Shown here piece after piece: positions 12,405 through 23,429 of a stretch of DNA of 64,000 bases; the stretch's first letter is position 1; every line of letters starts with the position of its first letter. The DNA is taken from contig NC_058368.1 in assembly GCF_018350175.1 (NCBI RefSeq), positions 224,256,001 through 224,320,000 of the forward strand, written 5' to 3'. The notes under the pieces were generated by a model. The model worked only from the letters and a program-made list of their open reading frames with translations. It did not search any database and was not told the origin of the DNA. This stretch comes from Felis catus. Lineage: Eukaryota. The position numbers were made by a program, and so were the translations under genes.

Positions 12405-12870
12405 TTAACTTGTTGTTGTTGTCTTTTGGTAAGATCACTAACCATGAGATCTATCCTCTTAACAAATTTTTAAGTGGACAATACAGGACTGATAAACATA
12501 AGCAGTAAGTTGTACAACCCCTCTAGAATGTGTTCACATTGTATAACTGAAATTTTATACCCACTGAAGACAACTCATTTCCCTCTGCCCCAGCCCTTGG
12601 CATCCACCACTGCATTCTCGGTTTGACTATTTTAGATATTTCATATGAGTGGATTCATGCAGCGTTTATCCTTCTGTGACTATCTGATTTTACTTAGCGT
12701 TATATCCTCAGGTTCATTCATGGTGTCATATATGGTAGCATTTCTTTCTATTTTGAGGTGGAATAAAATTGAATAGTTTATGTATATCATGTGTTTGTTT
12801 GTTTGTTTTTTTTATCCATTCATCCGCTGATGGGCATTTAGGTTGCTTCCATGTATTTTAGTATGTTAAT
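12405..12870 (-). mobile_element. L1MA9-like 3' region
   Basis: GAGATCTATCCTCTTAACAAATTTTTAAGTG...TATCCATTCATCCGCTGATGGGCATTTAGGTTG. Confidence 0.85.
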
Positions 12871-12923
12871 TTTATAGCCTAATGCATCTATGAAAACAAT
12901 AAAACTCTTTCTTTGCGTGGATG

Positions 12924-12960
<37 letters not shown>

Positions 12961-12962
12961 AA
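12924..12962. repeat. (CAA)n microsatellite
   Basis: Directly visible. Confidence 0.95.
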
Positions 12963-13499
12963 GATAGAAATCACCCGAATTCCTAAAACAATCTTGTGGC
13001 TCCTTAACCTCTGCCACAAGATCCTTTGCCTCAGAAGTCCTGGAATTCTTCTTCTCTGTAACTCCATATTTCACGTGGTGCCATGGCATCCGTTTCTCCT
13101 CCTTGATCACTTTTGTACCCTTTCCCTCCCCATTTACCATTTCAGGGGAACGACTCTAACCAGGTTCAGGTCTGAAGGCCACATCCTAGCAGTGCAGGCT
13201 GGACATTAACATCAGCAGCTCCAATCTGAGTCCAGGTTTCAGATTTGACTTGTGCCTTTCCTGCTTCCTGTCTTTCAGGGAAAAGCCAGGTCTCCCTTGT
13301 TCACGGAGGGCTTGGGAGGGAATTTGAAATCCCTGGACACATTGCTGACTATTATATTTCAGAAGGAGTTTACTTGTCATTGGCTCAAATACTTTTTATA
13401 TCAAAGATAAGACTAATTTAATTAAGTACTCCAAATCATGTCCTCTTTTGAGATAATCCCTAAAGAAATAATAATAATAATGATAGCAATAATAGTAAT

Positions 13500-13700
13500 G
13501 ATATTAGCTAATATTTCTTAAACATTACTATGTGCCATGCACTGCACCACATTTAAAGATCTATTAACTCATCTCCCCAATGAAGTAATGGAGGAACAGA
13601 GGTTTTTATTTCCCAATGTGACAGCGCTAGTAAATTTTGGAACTGGGGCACATTTAGAACCTCCTGACTCTAAAGCCAGATCTCCTAAGTGCACTATGTT
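13500..13700 (-). mobile_element. MIR fragment
   Basis: GCTAATATTT...TTACTATGTGCCATGCACTG...CTGACTCTAAAGCC. Confidence 0.65.
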
Positions 13701-13814
13701 CATCCTTCCTACTTTAATGTATGATGTCAGGTTAAAGAAGTATTCATTAATTCTCATGTGTCAATGGGTATTGAATTTTGGCAAAGTACAGGGATGATCA
13801 TATTACTGATTGCA

Positions 13815-14038
13815 TTTTTTGTTTTTTTAATGTTTATTTATTTATTTTGAGAGAGAAAGAGAGAGAGAGAGAGCACAAGCAGGAGAGGGGCAGAGTGAGA
13901 AGAAGAGCGAGAATCCCAAGCAAACTCTCCAGTGTCAGCACAGAGCCCAATACAAGTCTCAAGCTCGTGTACCGTGAGATCATGACCCGAGCCAAAGTCA
14001 AGAATTGTCTGCTTAACCGAGTGAGCCTCACAGGTGTC
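13815..14038 (-). mobile_element. Can-SINE, followed by (TTTA)n to ~14090
   Basis: Antisense SINE motifs GTCAGCACAGAGCC and GAGATCATGACC. Confidence 0.93.
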
Positions 14039-14039
14039 T

Positions 14040-14090
<51 letters not shown>

Positions 14091-14773
14091 TATCTTTAAA
14101 TATGGTGAGTAAGGGTAATGGAAAAGAGGACAGAGAGAGAAAGAAGGGTGGGGGGGGGGAGACAGAGACAGAAAGAGACAAACAGACAAAGGGAGAAGGA
14201 GAGGATGAATGTAAAGAAAGGTCTTTTATGCCGGACTGATTCTCAATAAATATAGGAGAAATGATAGAACAGGAAGTAGCAATTTGGAATTTTCAATGAA
14301 GTCATTTATTCTGAGAAGGATCCTTAATTCATGCTGAAATAATTGGTGAACATTTGTTGGGGAAGAGGAACTAGCAGTCTGGAGGTCCAAAGAATTCATA
14401 CCAATTGGCACTTCTTATTTATGAAAGAAAACAAGTACTTTTAAAACAAAAAGTCTTCGCAGAAACCACCTAAATCTAGTGACGCAGTTGAGAAAAATGA
14501 CAATCTTTAGCCATCGATTCATACAATGGAAATGAAACAACAGAAACTCCACAACCATACTCACTTCTACCCAAAAAACTGAAGCTGAGTAAAACTGAGT
14601 GGAAGCAATTAGATAAATCAATAGTGGAAGAAAGCAATAAACAAATAGTCCAGGTTATTCAAATATGTTGAAGATCCGAAACACAAAACAAAGAGAGAAA
14701 ACTAATATTACCATAGCAACGATAAAATCATTGGTATATAATAATGGCATCATGGTTATGAAGGGTAATGCTG

Positions 14774-15012
14774 AAGTGCCTGGGTGGCTCACTAAGTTAA
14801 GCATTCTTGACCTCGGCTCAGGTCACGAACTCACAAACCATGAGATGGCTCAGGTCATGATCTCATAGTTCGTGAGTTTGAGCCCTGCATCGGACTCTGC
14901 ACTCACAGCACAGAGCCTGCTTGGGATTCTCTCTTTCCTCTCTCTCTGCCCCTTCCCCTCCCCAGCTCACTTTCTGTTTTCTCTCTCTCAAAATAAATGA
15001 GTAAGCTTTAAG
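14774..15012 (+). mobile_element. Can-SINE with an internal inverted insertion
   Basis: GTGCCTGGGTGGCTCA head; 32-nt extra segment; CT-rich region and A-tail. Confidence 0.92.
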
Positions 15013-15895
15013 AAAAAGGATAGTGCCATTGTTAGTAGAAATTTCATGTTGAACTATTTGGAGGTAAGGGGTGACAATGATTGCTGCTTATTTTTAAATC
15101 ATTTTGAGTATAAAACCTTCATCTTTAAGTGTGTGGACAGGGAGAGAGGGCAGATGAGGAAATAGATGAATAACAGGTGAACGATATGTTGGAATGTGTT
15201 GTATAATTGTTTCAAATTTTCTGTATGTTTAAATTTGCTCACGATACATAGAAAAAATTATACATATATAAGCATTCACCATTCAATACTGAATATTCTG
15301 CAGACACTTCATGGTCAGGCTAACTTGAAAAGGACAAGTAGTGTCACTAAGGAACAACAAAGGAAAAAAATCAATCACTGAAGGTCTCTCCCTTTTAGAT
15401 GGGATAATATTTTAATAAATATTCAATAAATGTTGTGTAAAACTATACGTTTAGATCAATGTTTAAAATTATCCTTTTTCTTTTCTTTTTTCTCCCCTTT
15501 ATTATTTACCTCCAGAATGTTTTTTTTTCTTTCTCCTTTGCTGAAATAGTTTTTTTTCCTTCTCTTTTTCAAATCCTCAAACAAATTCCAATTCAGTTTT
15601 TCTTTTTTTTTCCAAAAACGTTTTAGTAACTTGATTTGTTGCTACATGCAAATATGTGTTAAAGTTCATAGAAAACATTTCCTGCTTTACAATGGTTTTA
15701 ATGAAGCTCTAAAAGAGGTTTATTTTTGGTCCTCTTCACTTGAATAGAATGTTGGCTTTCTAACACACTTCAATAACTTTCAAAGTGGGCGGTGTTTCAT
15801 TAGAAGTCAGGCTAGAGAAGAAAGCCCCATAGAATTTGAGTTCATACAAACTCATTTTATATATTATTATGTCCAAAGAGTGTGTTAATATGAAG

Positions 15896-15899
15896 ATGC

Positions 15900-15938
<39 letters not shown>

Positions 15939-15956
15939 CACACACATATATATACA
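15896..15956. repeat. (TA)n/(CA)n microsatellite
   Basis: Directly visible. Confidence 0.9.
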
Positions 15957-16283
15957 CCATACAACCTACCTTTTAAGAACATACAATGAACATTTTTTAG
16001 CTCCATATCTGTTATTATGCACTTTTACATGGAAACCAGACTGTTTCCAAACCATAGGTAAAACTGTCTTAGACAGAGGGACTTCAACTTCTAAAATTAA
16101 TGAGTTGGCAGACATTTTATGTTTAAATGTGTTACCTGCCATCTGTGTAATTAGAAAAATGATGTGTTATGGAAAAACTATTTTCGATCACCATATAAAG
16201 ATTAAGATGGGGGAATTTAATATTTACAAAGAATAGCTCATATAGGAAGCATTGAATTGAGTAGAATACAAGCTATGTAGAGT

Positions 16284-16763
16284 TGTATATCAGTTTTCTA
16301 TTGCTGACGAGCAAATTGCCACAAACTTAGAAGCTTAAAACAATATACATTTATTAGTAGGGTATCTAAGAGGAAAGATTCCAGGCATTGGGTAGCTGGA
16401 TTCTCTCTTTAAGTCTCACCAAAATTAAATCAAGGCATCAGATGAGGGTAGGAATCCTATATGAAAAGTCTCAAGACCTTTTAAAGTTTCTGTGGCTGTT
16501 TGAGAAGTTGTCTCCTTTCATGCAATTGTGACATGTCTAGCTGTGTCTTTAAGCCTGGCAGCAGTCTGGTAAAGTCTTATCCTGTTTAAGTGCTTACCTG
16601 ATAGGTCAGGCCCACCTGGACAGCCTCCATTTTGATTAACTTAAACTCAACTCTCCAGTAACCTAATCACAAGGAAGATATCCCATGATATTCACCAGTG
16701 AGGAGGACAAGCATATCAGGAGGAGGAGTCTTGGGGGATAGTTTTGGAATCCTGCCTAGCCAT
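16284..16763 (-). mobile_element. MaLR LTR (MLT1D/E-like)
   Basis: TGTATATCAGTTTTCTATTGCTG...CCACAAACTTAGAAGCTTAAAACAA...AGGTCAGGCCCACC...GAATCCTGCCTA. Confidence 0.8.
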
Positions 16764-17425
16764 CTGATATTAGAAAACCCGAACTCAACTAGTGACTATA
16801 CCACCAGTATTTGACCTTGGGAAAATGAATAAAGAAACTCCCTAAACTGCTTGAATGCATTAATTATAATATGAACAAGAAGATATGCTCTCAATATTTC
16901 AGTTTCCTGTGAAAACTGTATGATGCATTTGAAAGTTCAAGGACTTGAGTGTTCTTCTGGGAGATGTTTAAGTGACACAGAGACATGGTCAACATATACA
17001 GTGTGTTGACAATTTGGAAAAGCATTTTCTTTATTATGAAGATTTTATAACATAGAACTATTCAATATCAGTCATGATACCTGCACACACACAAACATGT
17101 TCTTCTCTATATCAACTTTAAGAGACTCCAGGCAAAATGACAGTCTAAAAATCATAAAGTGCCACAACTACTCATGGAAACAGGGACTATCAAATTTATG
17201 TTTAATTTCATACATAAGGGTTGAGGTAAACATCGCAAAGCTGTTTAGTGGTAAAACAAGGGGGAAAACATCAGGCCATGTCTTAGGGAGATATGGTTGA
17301 GAATTTCTCCAAAGTGTAAACGGTTAAGAAATTAACTAGAACATGGGTAAATTGAACACATATGGAGCATAAAGGCAATGATTTGAATATCACCCAAAAT
17401 CAAATAAATAAAAAATAAAATTTAA

Positions 17426-17640
17426 GAGGCGCCTGGGTGGCTCAGTCGGTTGGGTGTCCGACTTCGGCTCAGGTCATGATCTCATGGTCCGTGAGTTCGA
17501 GCCCTGCGCCAGGCTCTGGGCTGACAGTTCAGATCCTGGAGCCTGCTGTGGATTCTGTGTCTCCCTCTGTCTCCTCCCTTCCCTGCTCACAGTCTCACTC
17601 TCTCGAAAAATAAATATTAAAAGACATTTTTTTGAAATAC
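17426..17640 (+). mobile_element. Can-SINE
   Basis: GGCGCCTGGGTGGCTCAGTCGG, B box GTTCGAGCC, tail. Confidence 0.93.
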
Positions 17641-17729
17641 AAACAAATAAATGTGCTATCTGTAATGTCATCTTTCCAAGGGCTTTGGACAAAAACATGA
17701 AATTGTCTTTTTCTCCTCTTCTTCCCTAT

Positions 17730-18180
17730 TCCATCTACTCAGAACATTTTGTCCACTTTCCCTTCAAAATGCATCCAGCCAGTATGACCTATGTCTCATT
17801 ATCTCCACTTTTAGCACTCATATTAATCATCAGTATCCTTGCCTTGACTAGAAAATTAACCTCCGAACTTGTCTTGTTTTTTCTCCTCTTCATTTTTTTT
17901 TTCTGAACTATTACATATAAGTCCAACTGTCACACTTGTTTGCTCAAAGCCTTCCAGAGAATTTCCACCTCATTGTGAGTAAAAACCTCCACTGTACAAT
18001 AGTTTCTGTTACCATTTGAACTCATTTATCCCTCATTTCCAAAGTCATTACATTTTTGCTACATCAGCTGGCTACCCTGATGTTCCTATGAAGGATGATC
18101 TCTGGCCTGGGGGAGTCCACATTTCCTATTCGTTTTCTGGAATGTCCATTTTCCAGATATCAACATGACTCGCTCTCTGA
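17730..18180 (+). mobile_element. L2 fragment
   Basis: CTTCAAAATGCATCC, TGCTCAAAGCCTTCCAG, CTGGAATGTCC motifs typical of L2 3' regions. Confidence 0.6.
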
Positions 18181-18333
18181 ACAAGAGGAAATAGTCAAAT
18201 ACATTAAGATAGTTACATAAAGAAATTTATATAGCCACTAAAATTGTGTTTAAAAGACATAATTAGTCTGTAATGACATGAGAAAGCAAAGAAAATCACA
18301 ATAATAGAACATTTTAGAACACAAAAATATCCA

Positions 18334-18580
18334 GGGGTGCCTGGGTGGTTCAGTTGGTTAAGAATCTGACTTCAGCTGAGGTCATGATCTCATGGTTCGT
18401 AGGTTTGTAATGTACAAAAAACGGTTTGTAAGGTAAGGTACGGCTCTGTGCTGACAACTTAGAGTCTTGAGCCTGCTTCTGATTCTGTGTCTCCCTCTCT
18501 CTCTGCCCCTCCCCTGCTCTTGTTCTGTCTCTCTCAGTCTCTCAAAAATAAACGTTAAAAAATTTTAAAGAAAAAAAGAA
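18334..18580 (+). mobile_element. Can-SINE with replaced B-box region
   Basis: Standard head and tail; imperfect TSD AAAAAT/AATCCA. Confidence 0.93.
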
Positions 18581-18769
18581 AAAAAAATCCAAATTCTATA
18601 ATCAATATGGAAACATTTTTCCCCTGAATACTTGTTGAAAAGAATTGCAAATTTCTCGTTTAGCATTAGATGATTATTTTATTAGTGAATCTACAGTGAG
18701 TATATTTTTTTCTTTAGAATGTTAAAATCATAATAGTTTTGTGGAGGAACACAGATAAAGGTAGCTCTT

Positions 18770-18980
18770 TTTTTTTTTTTTCAACGTTTATTTATTTTTG
18801 GGACAGAGACAGAGCATGAACGGGGGAGGGGCAGAGAGAGAGGGAGACACAGAATCGGAAGCAGGCTCCAGGCTCTGAGCCATCAGCCCAGAGCCTGACG
18901 CGGGGCTCGAACTCACGGACCACGAGATCGTGACCTGGCTGAAGTCGGACGCTTAACCGACTGCGCCACCCAGGCGCCCC
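18770..18980 (-). mobile_element. Young felid SINEC_Fc
   Basis: Near-consensus; perfect TSD AAAGGTAGCTCTT at 18757-18769 and 18981-18993. Confidence 0.97.
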
Positions 18981-19159
18981 AAAGGTAGCTCTTAATTAAA
19001 GTAAAAATAGAGATCCATGCTATCCAGGTCAAAATTAAAAAAAAAAGAAAAAAAAGTAAAACGGTATCCAAGTGAACAACATAAAATTAGAAGGCACATT
19101 TCCAGAACACCTCAGAATATTATGAACAGGCAAAATTTTCTTGATAATCATGTTTTTGA

Positions 19160-19335
19160 GGGGTGCCTGGGTGGTTTACTCTGTTAAGCGTCTGACTCTT
19201 GATGTTGCCTCAGGTCATGATTCACAGTTTGTGAGTTCAAGCCCTGCATCAGGCTCTGTACTGGTGGCAATGGTGTGGAGCCTGCTTGGGATTCTGTCTC
19301 TCCTTCTCTCTGCCCCTCCCCTGCTGTGCACTCTC

Positions 19336-19390
<55 letters not shown>

Positions 19391-19401
19391 ATTTAAAAAA
19401 T
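19160..19401 (+). mobile_element. Can-SINE with (TAAA)n tail
   Basis: TSD TAATC(A/C)TGTTTTTGA at 19145-19159 and 19402-19416. Confidence 0.95.
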
Positions 19402-19476
19402 TAATCCTGTTTTTGAAAACATGGATATAGTCTCCCAGCAACATTCATCTTTTTTACATGGTCAAAGATCTTGATA

Positions 19477-19611
19477 GGGGCTCCTGAGTGGCTCAGTCGG
19501 TTAAGCATCTAACTTCATCTCAGGTCATGATCTCATGGTTCATGAGTTCAAGCCCCACATCGGGCTCTGCTGACAGATCAGAGCCTGGAGCCTGCTTCTG
19601 GTTCTGTGTCT

Positions 19612-19663
<52 letters not shown>

Positions 19664-19719
19664 CTCTCCCCTGTTCATACTCTGTCTCTTTTTGTCTCTC
19701 AAAAATAAACATTTTTTAA
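19477..19719 (+). mobile_element. Can-SINE
   Basis: TSD AAAGATCTTGATA at 19464-19476 and 19720-19732. Confidence 0.96.
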
Positions 19720-19737
19720 AAAGATCTTGATAAATTA

Positions 19738-19963
19738 GGGGCGCCTGGGTGGCGCAGTCGGTTAAGCATCCGACTTCAGCCAGGTCACGATCTCGCGGTC
19801 CGGGAGTTCGAGCCCCGCGTTGGGCTCTGGGCTGATGGCTCAGAGCCTGGAGCCTGTTTCCGATTCTGTGTCTCCCTCTCTCTCTGCCCCTCCCCCGTTC
19901 ATGCTCTGTCTCTCTCTGTCCCAAAAATAAATAAAATAAAAATTAAAAAAAACTTGGAAAAAA
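19738..19963 (+). mobile_element. Young felid SINEC_Fc
   Basis: TSD AAAGATCTTGATAAATTA at 19720-19737 and 19964-19981. Confidence 0.97.
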
Positions 19964-20382
19964 AAAGATCTTGATAAATTAAACAAGGTACAGAGTTGTG
20001 GTTTCAACTTACACGATTATGTCTCACAAATAGAAATTCCTTACTGAAGTTGAAGGGGTGCAAACAGGGGATAAAAGGATACTAGTCGGTAGAAAACTAA
20101 AACAAAACAAAAGAACACAGCAAAATGACAAAATAGTAAGTAGGCAAACAAGCGACAAGTAAATAAGAAGTGTAGCTCAGCTACAGGAATCGAAACCTGA
20201 ATGGCAGAAGGAAAACGTCTCTGTTACATGAAGAACCCCAAGCCAGCTCTACCCTTGACTTCGCCAGTGGGTATATTGTCTAGAAGGCAGGGAATAGAAC
20301 AGCTTAAAATAATAATAATAATTATGTCAAAAGTGATAGAGACTTTGCAGTCGGGTCCACACCTAATTACCAATAAGGTGTG

Positions 20383-20403
20383 TGTCTTGCCGACCTTAAC
20401 AGG

Positions 20404-20454
<51 letters not shown>

Positions 20455-21085
20455 CACTAGAGAGAGAGGCGCACTAGCAATTTTACCAGCAAATAGGTTT
20501 ATTTGGGAATAACAGAGAATTGCAATGTGGGACAAGGAAACGATGACAAACCATGGGCAAGTCTAGAACAGAGAAGAGGGGCTTGCTATTCTGCTTTTTT
20601 TGGAGGAAAGGAAGAAATTGCAAGAGGTCGTTTCAAGGAGTTCGGATGGTGATGGCTTTACACCGGCTGAGCGTAGTGGTTTCTCATTGGCTGAGCTGTT
20701 GATGGGCAAGGAGAACTTCTCCCTTCTTCCCACTGAGCTGTGTAAACTACTTGTCTTACTGTTTGGTGTCTGAGTGGTCGTGCCTGCGTGAGAGCTCCTA
20801 CTTCAGAGCTTCCCAGCTCCATTTTTAAGGAGGTTTCCTTTACTTTCGATTTTACTTTTTGATTAAGATCTTTCCTCAAAAACATCATTGATCAAGAGTC
20901 AGGTTTTTTTTTTGTTTTGTTTTGTTTTGTTTTTGTTTTTTGTTTTGGTATTAGGTGGTTATATATACTAAAGTGGTTATATCCCTTGGGGCCAGGAAGG
21001 ACCTTTCTTGGTTGTCATCTCGCACATGGGAGGGAAACTATACAGGCTGGAAACCATGGAGGTCACATTTGAGTAAGAAGGAAGG
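20383..21085 (-). mobile_element. ERV1-class LTR plus adjacent internal fragment, with (GA)n at 20409-20450
   Basis: AATAAA (TTTATT at ~20498) and CCAAT (ATTGG) on the minus strand; following GATTAAGATCTTTCCTC... resembles MER4-group internal ends. Confidence 0.55.
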
Positions 21086-21089
21086 GTCC

Positions 21090-21439
21090 AAAATCAAGAT
21101 ATCAGAATGACTGCGCTCTCCCCAAAGGTCCTAGGGGAGATCTGTTCCTTGTTTCGTGCATCTCTAGGTGGCTTCAGGAGTTCCTTAGCTTGTGGTTCTG
21201 TAACTCCCATCTCTGCCTCTGGGATCACATCACTTTCTCTTCTCTGTCTTTCCCTCATGTGTCTCTTATAAGGACAACTGCTTTGGGATTTAGGGTCCAC
21301 TTGGATAACCCAAGATGGTCACCTTTTCTCAAGATACTTAACTTACACCTGCAAACAACCAAATAAGGTAATATTCACAGGTTCCAGGAATTAGAATATG
21401 GGAACATTTTTTTTGGAGGCTACTATTCGGCTAACTGCA
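21090..21439 (-). mobile_element. MaLR LTR (MLT1B/C-like), partial
   Basis: TCTCTTATAAGGACA...GGATTTAGGGTCCAC...CAAATAAGGTAATATTCACAGGTTCC. Confidence 0.85.
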
Positions 21440-21699
21440 CTCAAAATTTTCACCAACCAGGTACAGTTCCACAGGGGGGTGTTAAATATCCCTATCTGAA
21501 ACAGCAAGTCTAATACTCAGCTGGCATGCTTTGGTATGGACATCCTGGTCAACAATCTTCAGCATCTCTATGGTTGGCATTTATTCTGACTTGCTCAGTC
21601 CCTGCTGCATCTTTTAACATGTTGACTTGGAGTGCTATGACATTACACATAAAAAAATATTTTGTATTTTTTGATTGACCCTCTCAATTCACTCTTTAC

Positions 21700-21865
21700 T
21701 TTACTCATCTACTTTTTGCCCTAGGAATCTGAAAAATGTATGAACAATATCACTGTGTTCTCTAGTCATCTGAATCCCTTTTAAATTCAGCCAACAGAAA
21801 GTTTTAACAAGAGACAAGAGAAAGGAAAGGGATTCTTTCCCTTCATTTTGGAGATTAGTGCTCTG

Positions 21866-21912
<47 letters not shown>

Positions 21913-22212
21913 GTCTGTCTCTCTTTGTCTTTCTCAGTCTCTCTCTGTCTTTGAAGTGCACTGGACTGACTCTATTCTTTGACTGAGAGCTGTGGCTTCT
22001 TCAGTTGGCCTGCACCTCAAAGCTCTTGTGCTCTCTTGGTTTCCATAATACAGGGGTGTTCACAGAGTTCACATCACTGGAGTACCACAGGAACTCTTGT
22101 GGTTACCTGATATCCGACTCTCACCTTTGGGGAGAGACCTTGTTTCCAACTCTCCTCATATTACCACATTTAAGTATGATATTTGTTTCCTGGAGGCATC
22201 TAACTGAAATAG
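21700..22212 (+). mobile_element. Old ERVL LTR (LTR33-like) containing (CT)n
   Basis: Ends TGTTTCCTGGAGGCATCTAACTGAAATA; family and strand tentative. Confidence 0.45.
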
Positions 22213-22282
22213 AATATGGCCCTGCTATAAAGTTTCATAGAAATGGGAAAGAAGGCCTTCTCTCTAAAAAGAGAAGAATATA

Positions 22283-22483
22283 AGGGCACCTGGGTGGCTC
22301 AGTCATTTAAGCGTCCAACTCTTGATTTTGGCTCAGGTCATGATCTCATGGTTCGTGAGATCGAGTCCCGCTTCGGGCTCTGGACTGATAACACGGAGCC
22401 TGCTTAGGATTCTCTCTCTAACCCTCTCCAGCTTGTTCTCTCTCTCTCTCTTTCTCTCAAAATAAATAAATAAACATTGTTTT
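22283..22483 (+). mobile_element. Can-SINE
   Basis: GGGCACCTGGGTGGCTCAG head and tail. Confidence 0.93.
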
Positions 22484-22882
22484 AAAGAGAATAATTTTGT
22501 GAAAAACATAAAATGCTCCTTACATGTGAATCAGAATCCTTTAAAAATCATAGTAGATATTGGGGAAACATAACATTTCTTTTATGAGTCAAAAGTAAGT
22601 TTGAAGAATTGTAAGAGGCTCAGTAACAAGGAACACCAGGGAGAGTAGAACAATGGGACCCAGGTCCTGAAATAAGGTCTACATAGGAAATATTTGAACC
22701 TCCAAATTTAGTCTCTGTATTTAGGTGTCAGAAATTCTTGGAAATAATAGATTCCTATTTTTGAGTGTTTCTGCTACTTATCCACCTTTACAAAGCAGAA
22801 GCCTAGAGAAGTTTTCTATAGAGAATCTGGGAAATTCCAGAAAAAAAAATTATATACTTACCTTGGCATTAAAAAAAGTTTT

Positions 22883-23055
22883 GTGTGCCTGGGTGGCTCA
22901 GTCCATTAAGCATCTGACTCTTGATTTTGGCTCAGGTCATGATCTCACCATTGGTGACATCGAATCCCACCTCAGGCTCTGCACTGACAGCACAGAGCCT
23001 GCTTGGGATTCTCTCTCTCTCTCCCTCTGCCCCTGCTTGCCTTCAAAATAAGTAT
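22883..23055 (+). mobile_element. Can-SINE
   Basis: GTGCCTGGGTGGCTCAGTCC...GCCTGCTTGGGATTCTCTC. Confidence 0.92.
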
Positions 23056-23107
23056 ATATATTTTTTAGATCCTGCATTCCATATAGTTGGTCACTCTTCA
23101 GTGAAGT

Positions 23108-23112
23108 ACACA

Positions 23113-23148
<36 letters not shown>
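23108..23148. repeat. (CA)n microsatellite
   Basis: Directly visible. Confidence 0.95.
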
Positions 23149-23151
<3 letters not shown>

Positions 23152-23429
23152 TTGTCAATTGACGTTTTATTACTTGAATTTAAGAGTATAAAGTCAGGGA
23201 GGTCATATGTTTGAGGAAAGGCTTTAATATTAAAAGAACCAAAACAGATAACCAAGCAAAAAAGGCTTGGTTTAAAAAAAAAACTTTTAAAGCAAAAACA
23301 AGTACTATTCCTCAGAGAGCTAAGAGAAAATATTCTAGCCATACAACTAGAACAATATGTTGCATAAAAAGAAATAAGAAAGATCTCAAAATATGTATTT
23401 AAACATTCTTTATGATATGGAGGATGGAT

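Noticed and set aside
13254..13280. Strong polypyrimidine acceptor CCTTTCCTGCTTCCTGTCTTTCAG
   Set aside because: No convincing donor or coding frame downstream
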